Shown: piece by piece, positions 40,826-49,991 of the stretch | How the letters are laid out: the number at the start of each line of letters is the position of its first letter | Position numbering within the stretch: position 1 is the first letter of the stretch | Assembly: GCA_965203295.1 (NCBI GenBank) | Contig: CBDBCZ010000019.1 | Span: 672,001-736,000 of the forward strand | Direction: 5' to 3' | DNA: 64,000 bases | From: Nitrospirales bacterium | GTDB taxonomy: Bacteria > Nitrospirota > Nitrospiria > Nitrospirales > UBA8639 | Translations under genes and position numbers: made by a program | Notes under the pieces: model-generated | Database searches by the model: none | Told to the model about the DNA's origin: nothing | The model's input: the letters and a program-made list of their open reading frames with translations, nothing else

Positions 40826-40867
40826 CAGACTAGAATTCAGACTAACTCTATTTTCTTATTGTGTCAA
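40826..40867 (-). promoter_or_regulatory. Toxin-antitoxin promoter with direct-repeat putative operator
   Basis: TTGACA (40867-40862), 17 bp, TAGTCT (40844-40839); TAGTCTG repeated 12 bp downstream. Confidence 0.55.
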
Positions 40868-40924
40868 GAAAGCCACCATTGCATCATGAGGGTTCTGTGT
40901 TAAGAGGGTCTTGGAGGGGTATCT

Positions 40925-41848
40925 TTAAAACGGCGTTTCTCCTTCCCGCAACTTGGCGAGTGCGGTTTTGACAAAGTCGGCGTCCTTGCTACTAGGATCC
41001 ATATTTTTAAACGCAGTCGCCCATGCTTCCTCCGTCTCTCTATGACGGTCAAGATACCAGAGTACGACACCCCGGTACCAATTCACACCAGGTTGATTGG
41101 GCATGTCGACTAGAACCTTATCGAAGTGGCCTAAAGCTTCTTGAAACAGTTCAGGATCGTCAAATTTCCGTGTTTCCAGCATGATGACTCCTAGATGGAA
41201 ATGCGCTTCGTGATTTCGGGGATCGAGCTCGAGGACTTTGGTCCATGCTTTTTTCGCATCATCGATCCGTTGCATGGCCATGTATGATCTGCCTGCCATA
41301 ATCTGTCCCTGAAGATTATTCGGGTCTTGGCGCAGTCGCTCCTCAAGCCGTGCCACCATTTCCCGTGGGTCTGGGGCGTCCACGCCCATCTGTGACTGAA
41401 GTTCCACAAGATTTTCAATCGTGCGCCATTGGATGTAGCCATAGATGCCGATGGATACGGCCAAGACCAACACACTGGGCACGAAAGCCGCCACCCATCG
41501 TGATGCAGAACCTGCAGGGACAAATCCAGAATCGACAGGAGAGGAAAGGTCGGCTTGTAAGCATTCGAGTCGATCGATGACTTGGAGAAGACGTCGTTCG
41601 TCAGTCGCTTTGAGCCTTTCGTAATCATGAGACTCCAATCTGCCCTGGGCTAATTCCACTTCCAATTCTTGCAAGGACTGTAACAACACCTCACGCTCAA
41701 CAGTGAGATCGGCTATCTCTTGGTCTTGCTCCGCCTTTTGCGGGACTAGCAGGGAGCCGGTCTGGTCTTTTCGCCAAAAGGGCGAGGAGATCCCGACAAT
41801 CACGAGGGTCAGGATAAGCCCACAAACAATAAGAAATGCGATTGACAT
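40925..41848 (-). CDS. ccmI: Cytochrome c maturation TPR protein CcmI/CycH
   Basis: Two TM segments with ELE.EL..GRL loop, then TPRs; last gene of the ccm operon. Confidence 0.8.
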   Translation of the reverse strand: MSIAFLIVCGLILTLVIVGISSPFWRKDQTGSLLVPQKAEQDQEIADLTVEREVLLQSLQELEVELAQGRLESHDYERLKATDERRLLQVIDRLECLQADLSSPVDSGFVPAGSASRWVAAFVPSVLVLAVSIGIYGYIQWRTIENLVELQSQMGVDAPDPREMVARLEERLRQDPNNLQGQIMAGRSYMAMQRIDDAKKAWTKVLELDPRNHEAHFHLGVIMLETRKFDDPELFQEALGHFDKVLVDMPNQPGVNWYRGVVLWYLDRHRETEEAWATAFKNMDPSSKDADFVKTALAKLREGETPF

Positions 41849-41869
41849 GATGGATGCCTTGACTGCCGT

Positions 41870-42334
41870 TTACGGCTGGAGTTCTTTTTGAATTCGCCGA
41901 CGGGCCTCTTCGTCAAGGGGTGGAGGTGGGTCACTGGGGGGAAGGGGTGTGTGCGCCACCCACCGGCCGAGTTCTCGAATCAGCAAAATTCCTCCGCCTA
42001 CGAGCAACAAGAATGGGGCGAGCCATATCAGCCAATTGATCCCCTGTTTCGGGGGTTCCATTAAAATGTAATCGCCGTATCGGCTTAAAAAGTACGTCCG
42101 AATTTCTTCAGCCGATTGTCCTTGTTTCACTCGCTCCCGAACGACCTCTCGCATTTGCTGAGCCAAGGGAGCGCCAGATTCCCAAATGTTTTCAGTCTGG
42201 CACACCGTACATCGGAGTGTTTTAGAAATCTCTCTTGTTTTGACGTCAATCTCTTTTTCATCAATGGTGGCAGCAAGGGAGGGACAAGCAAGAACAAAGA
42301 AGATGATCAAACTCGTGAGGCAGATGTTGCGCAT
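41870..42334 (-). CDS. ccmH: Cytochrome c maturation protein CcmH/CcmL
   Basis: LRCTVCQ, RYGDYIL.EPP, WLAP; TAATG overlap with ccmG. Confidence 0.92.
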   Translation of the reverse strand: MRNICLTSLIIFFVLACPSLAATIDEKEIDVKTREISKTLRCTVCQTENIWESGAPLAQQMREVVRERVKQGQSAEEIRTYFLSRYGDYILMEPPKQGINWLIWLAPFLLLVGGGILLIRELGRWVAHTPLPPSDPPPPLDEEARRRIQKELQP

Positions 42335-42888
42335 TACGTTGACGTGGGGGCTGAATGAAGAAGAGGGGCAATGATCTTTTGGGTCAGATTCGTATACACA
42401 CCCCCGACAATAGGGCCCACCCATTTATGTTGGATAATGCCTTTTTGATCGATCACAAATGTTTCGGGCACGCCATATACACCATAATCAATAGCAAGGG
42501 TCCCCTTGACATCTCGAACATGACGGAAGGTAGATCCATACTGCTTTAAATAGGCTTGTGCTTTGTCGATTTCGTCTTGGTAGTTGACACCGAGCATGAT
42601 GAATTGGGGGTTGTCTTTGAATGTCTCATGAAGTCGGAGAATGTTTTGATGCTCAACTTTACATTCATAGCACCAGGAAGCCCAAAAATTCAGGAGGATC
42701 ACTTTACCCTGCAGTTGATCAAAGGAAATCGTCTCACCTGATTCGACGTCCGGACCTTCAAAGGATGGGGCTTGGGTGCCGATCAGGACTGTGGGAATAT
42801 GGCGAGGATCGCCCCAGAGACCTTGGTAAAACAGAATCAGTAATCCCAGGAGAAGGATGACAATCGTGAATTGAATTCTTGGATTCAT
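42334..42888 (-). CDS. ccmG: Thiol:disulfide oxidoreductase CcmG/DsbE
   Basis: NFWASWCYEC, YGVYGVPETF. Confidence 0.9.
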   Translation of the reverse strand: MNPRIQFTIVILLLGLLILFYQGLWGDPRHIPTVLIGTQAPSFEGPDVESGETISFDQLQGKVILLNFWASWCYECKVEHQNILRLHETFKDNPQFIMLGVNYQDEIDKAQAYLKQYGSTFRHVRDVKGTLAIDYGVYGVPETFVIDQKGIIQHKWVGPIVGGVYTNLTQKIIAPLLHSAPTST

Positions 42889-42900
42889 GGTTTTCGATTA

Positions 42901-43007
42901 ACTAGTTTGTGTGAAAAACTCTCAATTTCCCCGAGGCGTACTGAAGAGTACGTTGAGGGGTTTGAGCAACGACAACGCCGTTGGCGGACTTTTTCAACAT
43001 CCTATTA
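42901..43007. repeat. Intergenic inverted-repeat element, copy C, inside the ccm operon
   Basis: AACGCCGTTGGCGGACTTTTTCAACATCC matches copies A and B. Confidence 0.65.
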
Positions 43008-44954
43008 ATCAGCGTGTTTGCGGGGCCGGAATATATTGAGCAGTACCCCCAATCCCATGATGCCGCCTCCTCCCCATACCCATAAAATTAATGGGTTGAG
43101 CACTCCTCGGGCCACGGCGACACCCTCAGGAGAAACATCCGGCATCGTCAAAAAAATATGCCCCATATTAATGGAATGGATAGCCGACTCCGTTGTAGGA
43201 GTTTGGGACTCAGTATAGATCCGTTTTTGTGGTCGCAATTCCGTCACCAATTGATCATCACGGAAGACCTGGAATACCCCCTCCTGGGCTATCCAATTCG
43301 GCCCCTCGACTTCGTGAATTTTTAAGAGTTTGACCCGATAGTCCTTCAACGGAAAATCATCCCCAACCCGAAGAGAGACCATTTTTTCAGTTTGATAGAT
43401 CGTAGAGGCAATGATCCCAATGACGAGAACCAGCACGCCGATATGTGTGACTAACCCTGCATATCGGCGTTGATTACTGGTAAATCCATTCAGAAATCCT
43501 TTCAGGATGTTCACGTGGTTACGTTTTGAATACAGAGAGGAGATTTTGCCAAAATCTACGAAGGTCGCGGTTCCGGCAAATCCCATCACAAAGGCTCCAG
43601 CCAGAGCATAAATGCTTCGAATCCCTAGTCCAAATAAAACAGCTACCGTTGTCAGGCCCATAAGAATAGGCAAGAGGAAATTTTTCTTGAGGCTCGTCAA
43701 TGAAGCTTTCCGCCAGGGAATATAGGGGCCCACTCCCATGAGAAAGAGCAACCCAAGGGCGACCGGCATGAATACCGCATTGTAATACGGCGGGCCTACT
43801 GTCACTTTTGCGCCTTTCCAGGTTTCGATCATGAGAGGGTACAAGGTGCCCAAAAAGACCGTGGCAGCAGCCACGAGAAAGAAGAGATTGTTAAAGAGGA
43901 AGACCGACTCTCGGGAAATAATGGAGTCGAGTTCGATCGAACTTTTCAATTTATTGGCACGCATAATCAGGGTACCGAATGAAATCACAATCATGGCCGT
44001 GATAAAAAAGAGGATAAACATCCCTCGCTCAGGGTCTGTGGCAAAGGTATGGACTGATGTCAGCACTCCGCTCCGCACGAGGAACGTGCCGATTAACGAG
44101 AGAGAAAATGTCACAATGATTAAAAACAAGTTCCAGACTTTGAACATTTTCCGTTTTTCCTGGACCATCACTGAATGCAAAAAAGCTGTTCCCACAAGCC
44201 AGGGCATGAAGGAGGCGTTTTCCACGGGGTCCCAACCCCAATATCCACCCCACCCCAATTCATAATAGGCCCAATACCCACCCATCATGATACCGGTGGT
44301 CAAACATAGCCAGGCGAACACCGTCCACCGCTGGGTGACCTTAATCCATTCTTCTCCTAACCGCCCAGAAAACAACGCGGCCATGGCAAAGGAAAACGGA
44401 ATAGAAAATCCCACATACCCCATATACAGCATTGGCGGATGCATCACCATCGCAGGATCTTGCAGGAGCGGGTTTAGGTCTTTTCCATCCAGAGGAACTG
44501 GGATCAGACGTTCGAAAGGGCTGGACAAAAAAATGATCAGAGCTAGAAAGCCGAAGATGATCAGGGATTCGACTCCAATCACATATGGCATGATGGCCGG
44601 CTGGGTTCGCCAGTGAAGCCAAATAGCAACGGTGCTGAAGGCTGATAGAATAAACACCCACAAGAGGAGGGAGCCTTCGTGTCCGCCCCAGACGGCAGCG
44701 ATGGTGTAAAAGAGGGGGAGTTTGGAATTCGAAGTGGCTGCGACATAATGAACAGAAAAGTCATGAACCAAAAATGAGTAGACGAGGGACAACATCCCTA
44801 TAGACAACAGCACAAAGATACACGTGAGAGACATGCGACCGACCCTTACCCAATCTCCGTTTTTAGTGCGGAGTCCCCAAAAAGAAGAGATCATGCCAAG
44901 GACGGAAAGGACGAAGGCGATGATTACTGCAAAATGACCAATTTCAATAATCAT
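43005..44954 (-). CDS. ccmF: Heme lyase CcmF
   Basis: WGGHEGS, HPPMLYMGY, WAYYELGWGGYWGWDPVENAS, SVHTF. Confidence 0.97.
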   Translation of the reverse strand: MIIEIGHFAVIIAFVLSVLGMISSFWGLRTKNGDWVRVGRMSLTCIFVLLSIGMLSLVYSFLVHDFSVHYVAATSNSKLPLFYTIAAVWGGHEGSLLLWVFILSAFSTVAIWLHWRTQPAIMPYVIGVESLIIFGFLALIIFLSSPFERLIPVPLDGKDLNPLLQDPAMVMHPPMLYMGYVGFSIPFSFAMAALFSGRLGEEWIKVTQRWTVFAWLCLTTGIMMGGYWAYYELGWGGYWGWDPVENASFMPWLVGTAFLHSVMVQEKRKMFKVWNLFLIIVTFSLSLIGTFLVRSGVLTSVHTFATDPERGMFILFFITAMIVISFGTLIMRANKLKSSIELDSIISRESVFLFNNLFFLVAAATVFLGTLYPLMIETWKGAKVTVGPPYYNAVFMPVALGLLFLMGVGPYIPWRKASLTSLKKNFLLPILMGLTTVAVLFGLGIRSIYALAGAFVMGFAGTATFVDFGKISSLYSKRNHVNILKGFLNGFTSNQRRYAGLVTHIGVLVLVIGIIASTIYQTEKMVSLRVGDDFPLKDYRVKLLKIHEVEGPNWIAQEGVFQVFRDDQLVTELRPQKRIYTESQTPTTESAIHSINMGHIFLTMPDVSPEGVAVARGVLNPLILWVWGGGGIMGLGVLLNIFRPRKHAD

Positions 44955-44965
44955 GAATGACTCAA

Positions 44966-45430
44966 TTAGGAACTTTCAGGAGCGAGCGTCTTCAAAAAAT
45001 CTTTTCGAGGCAGATTGACACCAGCCCGTTTCAACTCTATGGGCATATAGTCTTCCGAATGTTTCGCCATGATGAGATGTGAGTGAAACATATGCTGTTC
45101 GGTCCAATACCCCTCGACGACAGCCCCTTGTCCCTCCTTGAATAAATCTGGAGGGATACCCTCAAATGTGACTGGAATGGTGACAGCGCCATCGGTCAAT
45201 TCAAAGTTCAACCCCACTGTATCAGAATGGTTTTGTAAGCTTCCTTTGACGACCATCCCTCCGACCCTCACCTTCTTTTGGTAATGGTCTTGGGTAAAGG
45301 CTTTGACTTCCGAGGGAGTGAAGAAATAGACGAGGTTTTCTCCAAAATTTCCCAAGGCAAGATAACCGAGCGCTCCAGCTACCAGGAGCAAGCTGATCAC
45401 GATTCCGATTTTTTTACGCTGTGTCGACAT
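44966..45430 (-). CDS. ccmE: Heme chaperone CcmE
   Basis: YFFTPSE, RVGGMV, PDLFKEGQG, AKHSEDY (HxxxY). Confidence 0.95.
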   Translation of the reverse strand: MSTQRKKIGIVISLLLVAGALGYLALGNFGENLVYFFTPSEVKAFTQDHYQKKVRVGGMVVKGSLQNHSDTVGLNFELTDGAVTIPVTFEGIPPDLFKEGQGAVVEGYWTEQHMFHSHLIMAKHSEDYMPIELKRAGVNLPRKDFLKTLAPESS

Positions 45431-45923
45431 GGTCTTCCCATTCGGACTGGTACAACTTTGAGGCTTTGATTTCTTCGTATAACAGGCTGACCTTTCGTCC
45501 CATCGCAAAGACGAACAGGGCGAGAGGAAGAAGGCCAATCACATAGGCGCTGATGACGAATCCGTAATTGGTCACCAAGGCGAGTTCATGAGACTGAAAC
45601 ATTCGATTTTGCGAGTCCCACCGACCAACTGCAATAAGCTTCTTTAATTCTCTCAGATTTTCCGGCGTCGGGCCTTGGTATGTAACGGGCAAACTTCCTT
45701 GATCATACGATAAGATAAATTGGGCTTGCCCTGCTTCAACCTGTCCCTCTAGCGACCCCCCTTGGACCAGACCCAACACTCGAATGGTTCCTGTTGGCGA
45801 AGCCGTCAAGACCTGTTGGGGGCTCATGGTGGCTAAATTCTTTTGGTAATGTTGATACGTCAGGCATACGATTCCTGTCGCGACGATGAGCAATGCCCCC
45901 CACTGCAAGTAAAATATTTTCAT
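45414..45923 (-). CDS. CcmE-like OB-fold protein with C-terminal CcmD-like TM segment
   Basis: IRVLGLVQGGS, VTYQGPTPENL resemble CcmE; no AKHxxxY; ends NYGFVISAY-TM-basic tail. Lies in the ccmD position. Confidence 0.65.
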   Translation of the reverse strand: MKIFYLQWGALLIVATGIVCLTYQHYQKNLATMSPQQVLTASPTGTIRVLGLVQGGSLEGQVEAGQAQFILSYDQGSLPVTYQGPTPENLRELKKLIAVGRWDSQNRMFQSHELALVTNYGFVISAYVIGLLPLALFVFAMGRKVSLLYEEIKASKLYQSEWEDHVDTA

Positions 45924-46645
45924 GATTCAACTTTGGACAGATGAAACTGACTTAACAGCCGGCCTTTTTTTGCGTCCAGGAGATTAGTCAAATAGAGGAG
46001 TTGTGTGCGGACCATGAGCATATACGCAAACAGGAGGGACATCCCAATGCTCATGGTCAACAGAGGCGTCAAGAGACCTGAAGAAATGCTCATTCCTCGC
46101 ATCGAAATGGATTGAGGTTGATGAAGGGTCCGCCACCATTCCACGGAAAAATGGATGATCGGAAGGTCCACAAACCCAACAATGGCGAGAATAGCGGCAT
46201 ATCGGGCCTCCCGTTCCGGATCATCCACAAAGGTTCGGAGCATTAAATAACCGATAATGATTAACAGCATAACCGTAAAGGATGTCAATCGAGCATCCCA
46301 GGTCCACCACGTATTCCAGGTAGGTTTTCCCCATATCATGCCCGTAAAGAGGGCCATGGTTGTAAAGAGTGCCGTTAAGCCCGCGGCAGCATGACATATA
46401 TTGTCGATCAGAGGGTCTCGCTTCCACAAATACCAGATACTCCCAGCAAACAGGACGGTGTAAGCGAATAATGAGGTATGGGCGAGCGGCACGTGAACAT
46501 ACATGATTCGGACCACTTCGCCTTGATAATAGTCAGGAGGTGAGGCAATGAGACCAAGATAGAGGCCGGCGACAAAACAGATCGCGGCGCACCCCCCAAA
46601 CCAGCCTTTATACCGTTGAATTCGGCGTATGACCTTATTCAGCAT
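45920..46645 (-). CDS. ccmC: Heme exporter CcmC
   Basis: YVHVP, WGKPTWNTWWTWDARLT, SVEWWRTLHQ. Confidence 0.96.
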   Translation of the reverse strand: MLNKVIRRIQRYKGWFGGCAAICFVAGLYLGLIASPPDYYQGEVVRIMYVHVPLAHTSLFAYTVLFAGSIWYLWKRDPLIDNICHAAAGLTALFTTMALFTGMIWGKPTWNTWWTWDARLTSFTVMLLIIIGYLMLRTFVDDPEREARYAAILAIVGFVDLPIIHFSVEWWRTLHQPQSISMRGMSISSGLLTPLLTMSIGMSLLFAYMLMVRTQLLYLTNLLDAKKGRLLSQFHLSKVES

Positions 46646-46651
46646 AGGGAG

Positions 46652-47329
46652 TTAGGTGTCCATAATGAATTCAAACATCCAAAACGACACAACCGTAAAC
46701 ACCACATTAAAAATCACGAGCAATTCCAGCCATTGACTATACAGGGGAAAAGGGTCCCCACTCAGGGCACCTTTTGTTGCTTCCACGGCAGCGATCATGA
46801 CTGGAACCACGAGTGGAAGGAGAAGGATCGGCAGCATGACCTCTCGAGCTCGAATCTGAACCGTTAAAGCAGAGAAGAGCGTTCCCACCGCAGAGAGACC
46901 AAACGTGGCTATAAAAAATATTAACAAAAGGATGGGAATTTCTTCAACGATATCAAGGTTAAATAAAATAATGAACATGGGGAACAGAATAACTTCTACG
47001 GTAAACATAAAAAGAAAATTCGCGGCAACTTTCCCAAGGTAGATCGCCCCCTTGGATAAGGGACTGACTTGCAGCGATTCCAAGCAGTCGTTTTGCAATT
47101 CAGCGGAAAAGGATTTGCCCAATCCGATGATCCCTGTGAAGGCAAAGGCCACCCAAATAATGCCAGCAATCAATTCTCTAGCGGCTTGTTGATCCATAGA
47201 AAAGCTGAAACTAAAGACCAAAATAACAATCAAGGCAAAAAAGAACATGGAGGAGATGGTCTCCCGGCTCCGGACCTCACATAAGAGATCTTTCCAGACG
47301 ATCCATTGAATTGCCTTCAAAAACACCAT
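46652..47329 (-). CDS. ccmB: Heme exporter CcmB
   Basis: KDLLCEVRSRE, IYLGK, LPILLLPL. Confidence 0.93.
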   Translation of the reverse strand: MVFLKAIQWIVWKDLLCEVRSRETISSMFFFALIVILVFSFSFSMDQQAARELIAGIIWVAFAFTGIIGLGKSFSAELQNDCLESLQVSPLSKGAIYLGKVAANFLFMFTVEVILFPMFIILFNLDIVEEIPILLLIFFIATFGLSAVGTLFSALTVQIRAREVMLPILLLPLVVPVMIAAVEATKGALSGDPFPLYSQWLELLVIFNVVFTVVSFWMFEFIMDT

Positions 47330-47352
47330 GGTCAAGGGTTAGAATTAAATAG

Positions 47353-48000
47353 TTACAGAGTGATGGGGTGAAGTACCCCCTGCCGCAGATGGCCAGCTCT
47401 ATGCGTGATCCCAGCGGCTTTTTCGCGATTGTGTGTCGAGAGGAGCACGGTGCCTCCTTTGTGAACAGTATCCAAAATGAACCGTTGCAGAATCTCCGTC
47501 CCTGTCTCGTCTAAAGAGCTAAATGGTTCATCCAATAGGAGAATTTTTGGATCGGCGAGCATGATTTTGGCTAACGTCAGGCGTTTTTTCATCCCTGCGG
47601 AATAATGTCGGGTTTTCATGTCGGTAAAAGCCCCAATTCCAACTTTGTCGAAAGCGAATTTGATTTCATGGTCCGATGGGGTGAGCCCCCGCAAGGCCAG
47701 GGAAAATCGTACATTTTCAAGGGCGTTCAGGTCATCATAGAGATGGGCACCATGCGCAAGGAACATAAGATCAGAACGGATGACCTGTTTCTCGTTCGTC
47801 CCATCGTATCCCAAAATTTCGAAACGTCCTCCTGTTGGCCGATAGAGGGTTGCGAGGATTCTCAGTAAGGTCGTCTTCCCTGAACCATTGGGACCAAACA
47901 GGGCATAGCATTCACCTGAGGCGATCTCGAGGTTCACCTCTTGGAGCACGTGATAATGCCCATAGGCTTTACTGAGTTGCATGGCGTTAATCGCAATCAT
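47353..48000 (-). CDS. ccmA: Heme export ABC ATPase CcmA
   Basis: GPNGSGKTT, YSAGMKKR, LLDEP; first gene of the ccm operon. Confidence 0.92.
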   Translation of the reverse strand: MIAINAMQLSKAYGHYHVLQEVNLEIASGECYALFGPNGSGKTTLLRILATLYRPTGGRFEILGYDGTNEKQVIRSDLMFLAHGAHLYDDLNALENVRFSLALRGLTPSDHEIKFAFDKVGIGAFTDMKTRHYSAGMKKRLTLAKIMLADPKILLLDEPFSSLDETGTEILQRFILDTVHKGGTVLLSTHNREKAAGITHRAGHLRQGVLHPITL

Positions 48001-48245
48001 GAGAGGGTCGTCGTCGGTAAGGTACGAGGGCGATGGGAGGATACTAATGTTGAATGGTCCGAAATGGGATGCGTTTGAGCACCTTCCAAATTTGAGGGAA
48101 AAAGAGATCTTGCCGATATTCAAACAGAAATGCCATTTTTTCAGGAATGTCGACCCTAGCTATAAGGATACTGGATGAAGTTAGACTCTGTCTAGGACAA
48201 CAGATTTGGCCATGGACAGGGAACGGTGGCCATTAACATTTCTTA

Positions 48246-48995
48246 GTGAGACGTACATTGACGGGATCGAGAAACCCCGAATATGATGATAGAGAAGTAG
48301 GCCTTCTGATGAAACCGAACAATCCAAGTTTTTTGAATCAGGTAGTTGCAAATGACCGACAGCTCAAGAGACGCAGGCTCTCCGGAAGTTGGTGTTCTGG
48401 TCAAGAGGGGAGGCGTCGTCTCTTGCTTCGAACTCTTGGCCAAGTGTTTCTGATCGTCGTGTTTCTCGTGGGGATTGGGTGTGACTCCGGTTTTACGGAT
48501 TCGTCAGAACCCACGAGCCAAACGGTTGGGCAACGTTGGGCGAGACCGCAGATTGGTGATCTTGCAACCTCGTTTTCATTAGGTGATAGTCAGGGAAATA
48601 TTATTTCACTCTCGGATTATAAAGGGAAAGTGGTTCTCTTGAATTTCTGGGCTACATGGTGTGGTCCATGCCGCGTTGAAATGCCTAATATGGAAGCCAC
48701 CTATCGGAATCTTAAAAATGAGGGTTTTGAAATTGTGGCCATTTCGAATGATCCAGAAGGCGTGGCTGTCACCAAACCCTTTGTTGAAGCCTATGGTCTC
48801 TCTTTTGCCATTTTGCATGACTTGGACTATCGTGTCAGTGTCAGTTATGGGGTGAGGACGCTTCCCATGAGTTATTTGGTTGATCGCAAGGGAATCATTC
48901 GGCATCAAATCTTCGGAGCCAGGGATTGGAAAAGCCCTGAAGCTGAAAAATTGATTCATCTATTACTGAATGAAGGTGCCGCAAGATATGACTGA
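48246..48995 (+). CDS. TlpA/ResA-family thiol:disulfide oxidoreductase
   Basis: NFWATWCGPCRVEMP, GARDW. True start probably downstream of 48246. Confidence 0.88.
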   Translation: MRRTLTGSRNPEYDDREVGLLMKPNNPSFLNQVVANDRQLKRRRLSGSWCSGQEGRRRLLLRTLGQVFLIVVFLVGIGCDSGFTDSSEPTSQTVGQRWARPQIGDLATSFSLGDSQGNIISLSDYKGKVVLLNFWATWCGPCRVEMPNMEATYRNLKNEGFEIVAISNDPEGVAVTKPFVEAYGLSFAILHDLDYRVSVSYGVRTLPMSYLVDRKGIIRHQIFGARDWKSPEAEKLIHLLLNEGAARYD

Positions 48996-49737
48996 CTCGT
49001 TGAGCCAAATTTCTATTTTCGCAGCCTTTAGTGCCGGCTTACTCTCTTTCGTCTCGCCTTGTGTGTTGCCGCTTGTTCCTTCCTATGTCTCGTACATCAC
49101 GGGGTTGTCCGTTGAGCAGTTGACAGATGCGGGGGAGCGTCAACGATTTCGAAGATCGATTATTATCAACTCGCTGTTATTTATTGCGGGGTTTTCGTCG
49201 GTGTTTATTGCCTTTGGGGCATCGGCGAGTTTTTTGGGCCAGATTTTGTATCAGTATCAAGATATGGTTCGAAAGATTGGAGGAGTCTTGATGGTCTTGT
49301 TCGGGCTCTACCTCCTCGGCGTTTTTAAAATGAATTTTCTCATGAGAGAACGTCGTCTCATCCATTTTGGAAATCGACCAGTGGGCTATGTAGGATCTTT
49401 TGTGATCGGAACCGCTTTTGCCGCAGGCTGGACTCCTTGTGTTGGACCAATTCTTGGGTCGATTCTCTTCTATGCTAGCACAACGGAATCCATGCAATCA
49501 GGGGTTGTCCTTTTGGCTTCGTATTCGGCAGGGCTAGGGCTTCCGCTTTTCCTCACGGCTTTCAGCGTGGATAGTTTTCTGACGTATTTCAAGAAAGCCA
49601 GGGCGTATGTATGGGGCGTCTCCGTCGTAAGTGGGGGTTGTTTGGTTCTCGTGGGCATGATGATTTATGTTGATTCCTTGACCCTGATGACCAGCTTTCT
49701 AGAGAGAAATGGGATTGGCTGGTATATTGGTCAATGA
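48988..49737 (+). CDS. ccdA: Cytochrome c biogenesis protein CcdA
   Basis: AGLLSFVSPCVLPL, AGWTPCVGPIL. Confidence 0.93.
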   Translation: MTDSLSQISIFAAFSAGLLSFVSPCVLPLVPSYVSYITGLSVEQLTDAGERQRFRRSIIINSLLFIAGFSSVFIAFGASASFLGQILYQYQDMVRKIGGVLMVLFGLYLLGVFKMNFLMRERRLIHFGNRPVGYVGSFVIGTAFAAGWTPCVGPILGSILFYASTTESMQSGVVLLASYSAGLGLPLFLTAFSVDSFLTYFKKARAYVWGVSVVSGGCLVLVGMMIYVDSLTLMTSFLERNGIGWYIGQ

Positions 49738-49789
49738 TCTTTTAGTGAATAGATATTTCACGGCTAACCGCTGCTTTTCGAACCTGAAC

Positions 49790-49939
49790 TCACTCAAACC
49801 AACCCAGAGATAATTCCAACCGTGTGCCGAGGATCAAGACATTGTCTTCTGTGGGGTCGGTATCGGGGTTGATGACGTATTGCACATCAGGCTGAATGAT
49901 AAGTTCTGATGTTAAAGCGAAAGCGTGAGTCCACTCGGT
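49790..49939 (-). pseudogene. C-terminal fragment of a carbohydrate porin (OprB-like)
   Basis: Hand translation EWTHAFALTSELIIQPDVQYVINPDTDPTEDNVLILGTRLELSLGWFE*; cut off upstream by IS ends. Confidence 0.7.
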
Positions 49940-49991
49940 AGTGGGTCAGTTTGAGCTAGCCCGGTTTACGTGGACATCTTCAAAAGGGGAC

